Below, piece by piece: positions 63,897 to 64,000 of a DNA stretch of 64,000 nt. Position numbers and translations under genes: made by a program. The stretch is from Oscillospiraceae bacterium (lineage in GTDB: Bacteria > Bacillota > Clostridia > Oscillospirales > Acutalibacteraceae). The stretch covers positions 589 through 64,588 of the forward strand of contig JAISUW010000044.1 in the NCBI GenBank assembly GCA_031271865.1, in the 5' to 3' direction. How positions within the stretch are numbered: the first letter of the stretch is position 1; the number at the start of each line of letters is the position of its first letter. A model generated the notes under the pieces. That model did no database searches. It saw only the letters and a list, made by a program, of their open reading frames with translations, and was not told where the DNA came from.

Positions 63897-64000
63897 ATAG
63901 ACGCTACCAACCGCGGCAAAAAGCCCGAATACCGCGCCGCTTTACGGTCATTGGCAATGAACTGCCTCAGTACACCCGGCAGACCGACAAGAATTAATAA

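Noticed and set aside
63884-64000. A possible 3' end of a minus-strand gene entering from the right edge (...LLILVGLPGVLRQFIANDRKAARYSGFLPRLVASIQACA*).
   Set aside because: Only 39 codons are visible and there is no motif. It would overlap the glycosyltransferase stop by ~13 nt. This is not enough evidence to call a feature.
1-64000. A search for mobile elements, prophage, integrons and defence islands.
   Set aside because: I recognised no transposase, integrase, recombinase, phage structural, restriction-modification, Cas or other defence-type protein signatures in any frame, and no flanking direct or inverted terminal repeats apart from the elements already reported.

Overview
This 64-kb chromosomal window comes from a fairly GC-rich genome (about 55-58% G+C by eye) of Firmicutes/Clostridia type. 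Supporting signs are a sporulation sigma-K gene, many near-consensus TTGACA-17-TGnTATAAT promoters, GGAGG ribosome-binding sites and gut-anaerobe gene content. The taxon cannot be proven from the sequence alone. I support about 55 protein genes (mostly + strand), two tRNAs (Leu-UAG, Lys-UUU), one yybP-ykoY Mn2+ riboswitch, and many promoters and intrinsic terminators. I saw no rRNA, CRISPR array, transposase, integrase or prophage genes. Housekeeping content includes dnaE, murB, glcK, leuA, hisZ/hisG, tsaE/tsaB, tatD, a pseudouridine synthase, a split transketolase and sigK. The rest is carbohydrate-foraging content: four GPH/MFS transporters, GH2, DUF4091, two sugar-phosphate isomerases and an iolC-like kinase. 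The long antisense ORFs in the six-frame track are GC-driven artefacts, and several track starts are over-extended into promoters or neighbouring genes. The most interesting observations are: (1) a single 1152-codon ORF fusing a radical-SAM glycyl-radical activase module to a PFL2-type glycyl radical enzyme (44083-47541); (2) a REP-like element of three GC-rich hairpins on a 25-nt pitch, found right after three stop codons; (3) three tandem 33-nt, ~90% A+T repeats after hisG; (4) two tandem paralogous micro-protein genes missed by the ORF track; (5) a leuA leader with an internal terminator and a coupled 37-codon uORF; (6) tandem secreted paralogues, a collagen-like protein and a BrnT/BrnA module. 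Novelty cannot be established without database searches.
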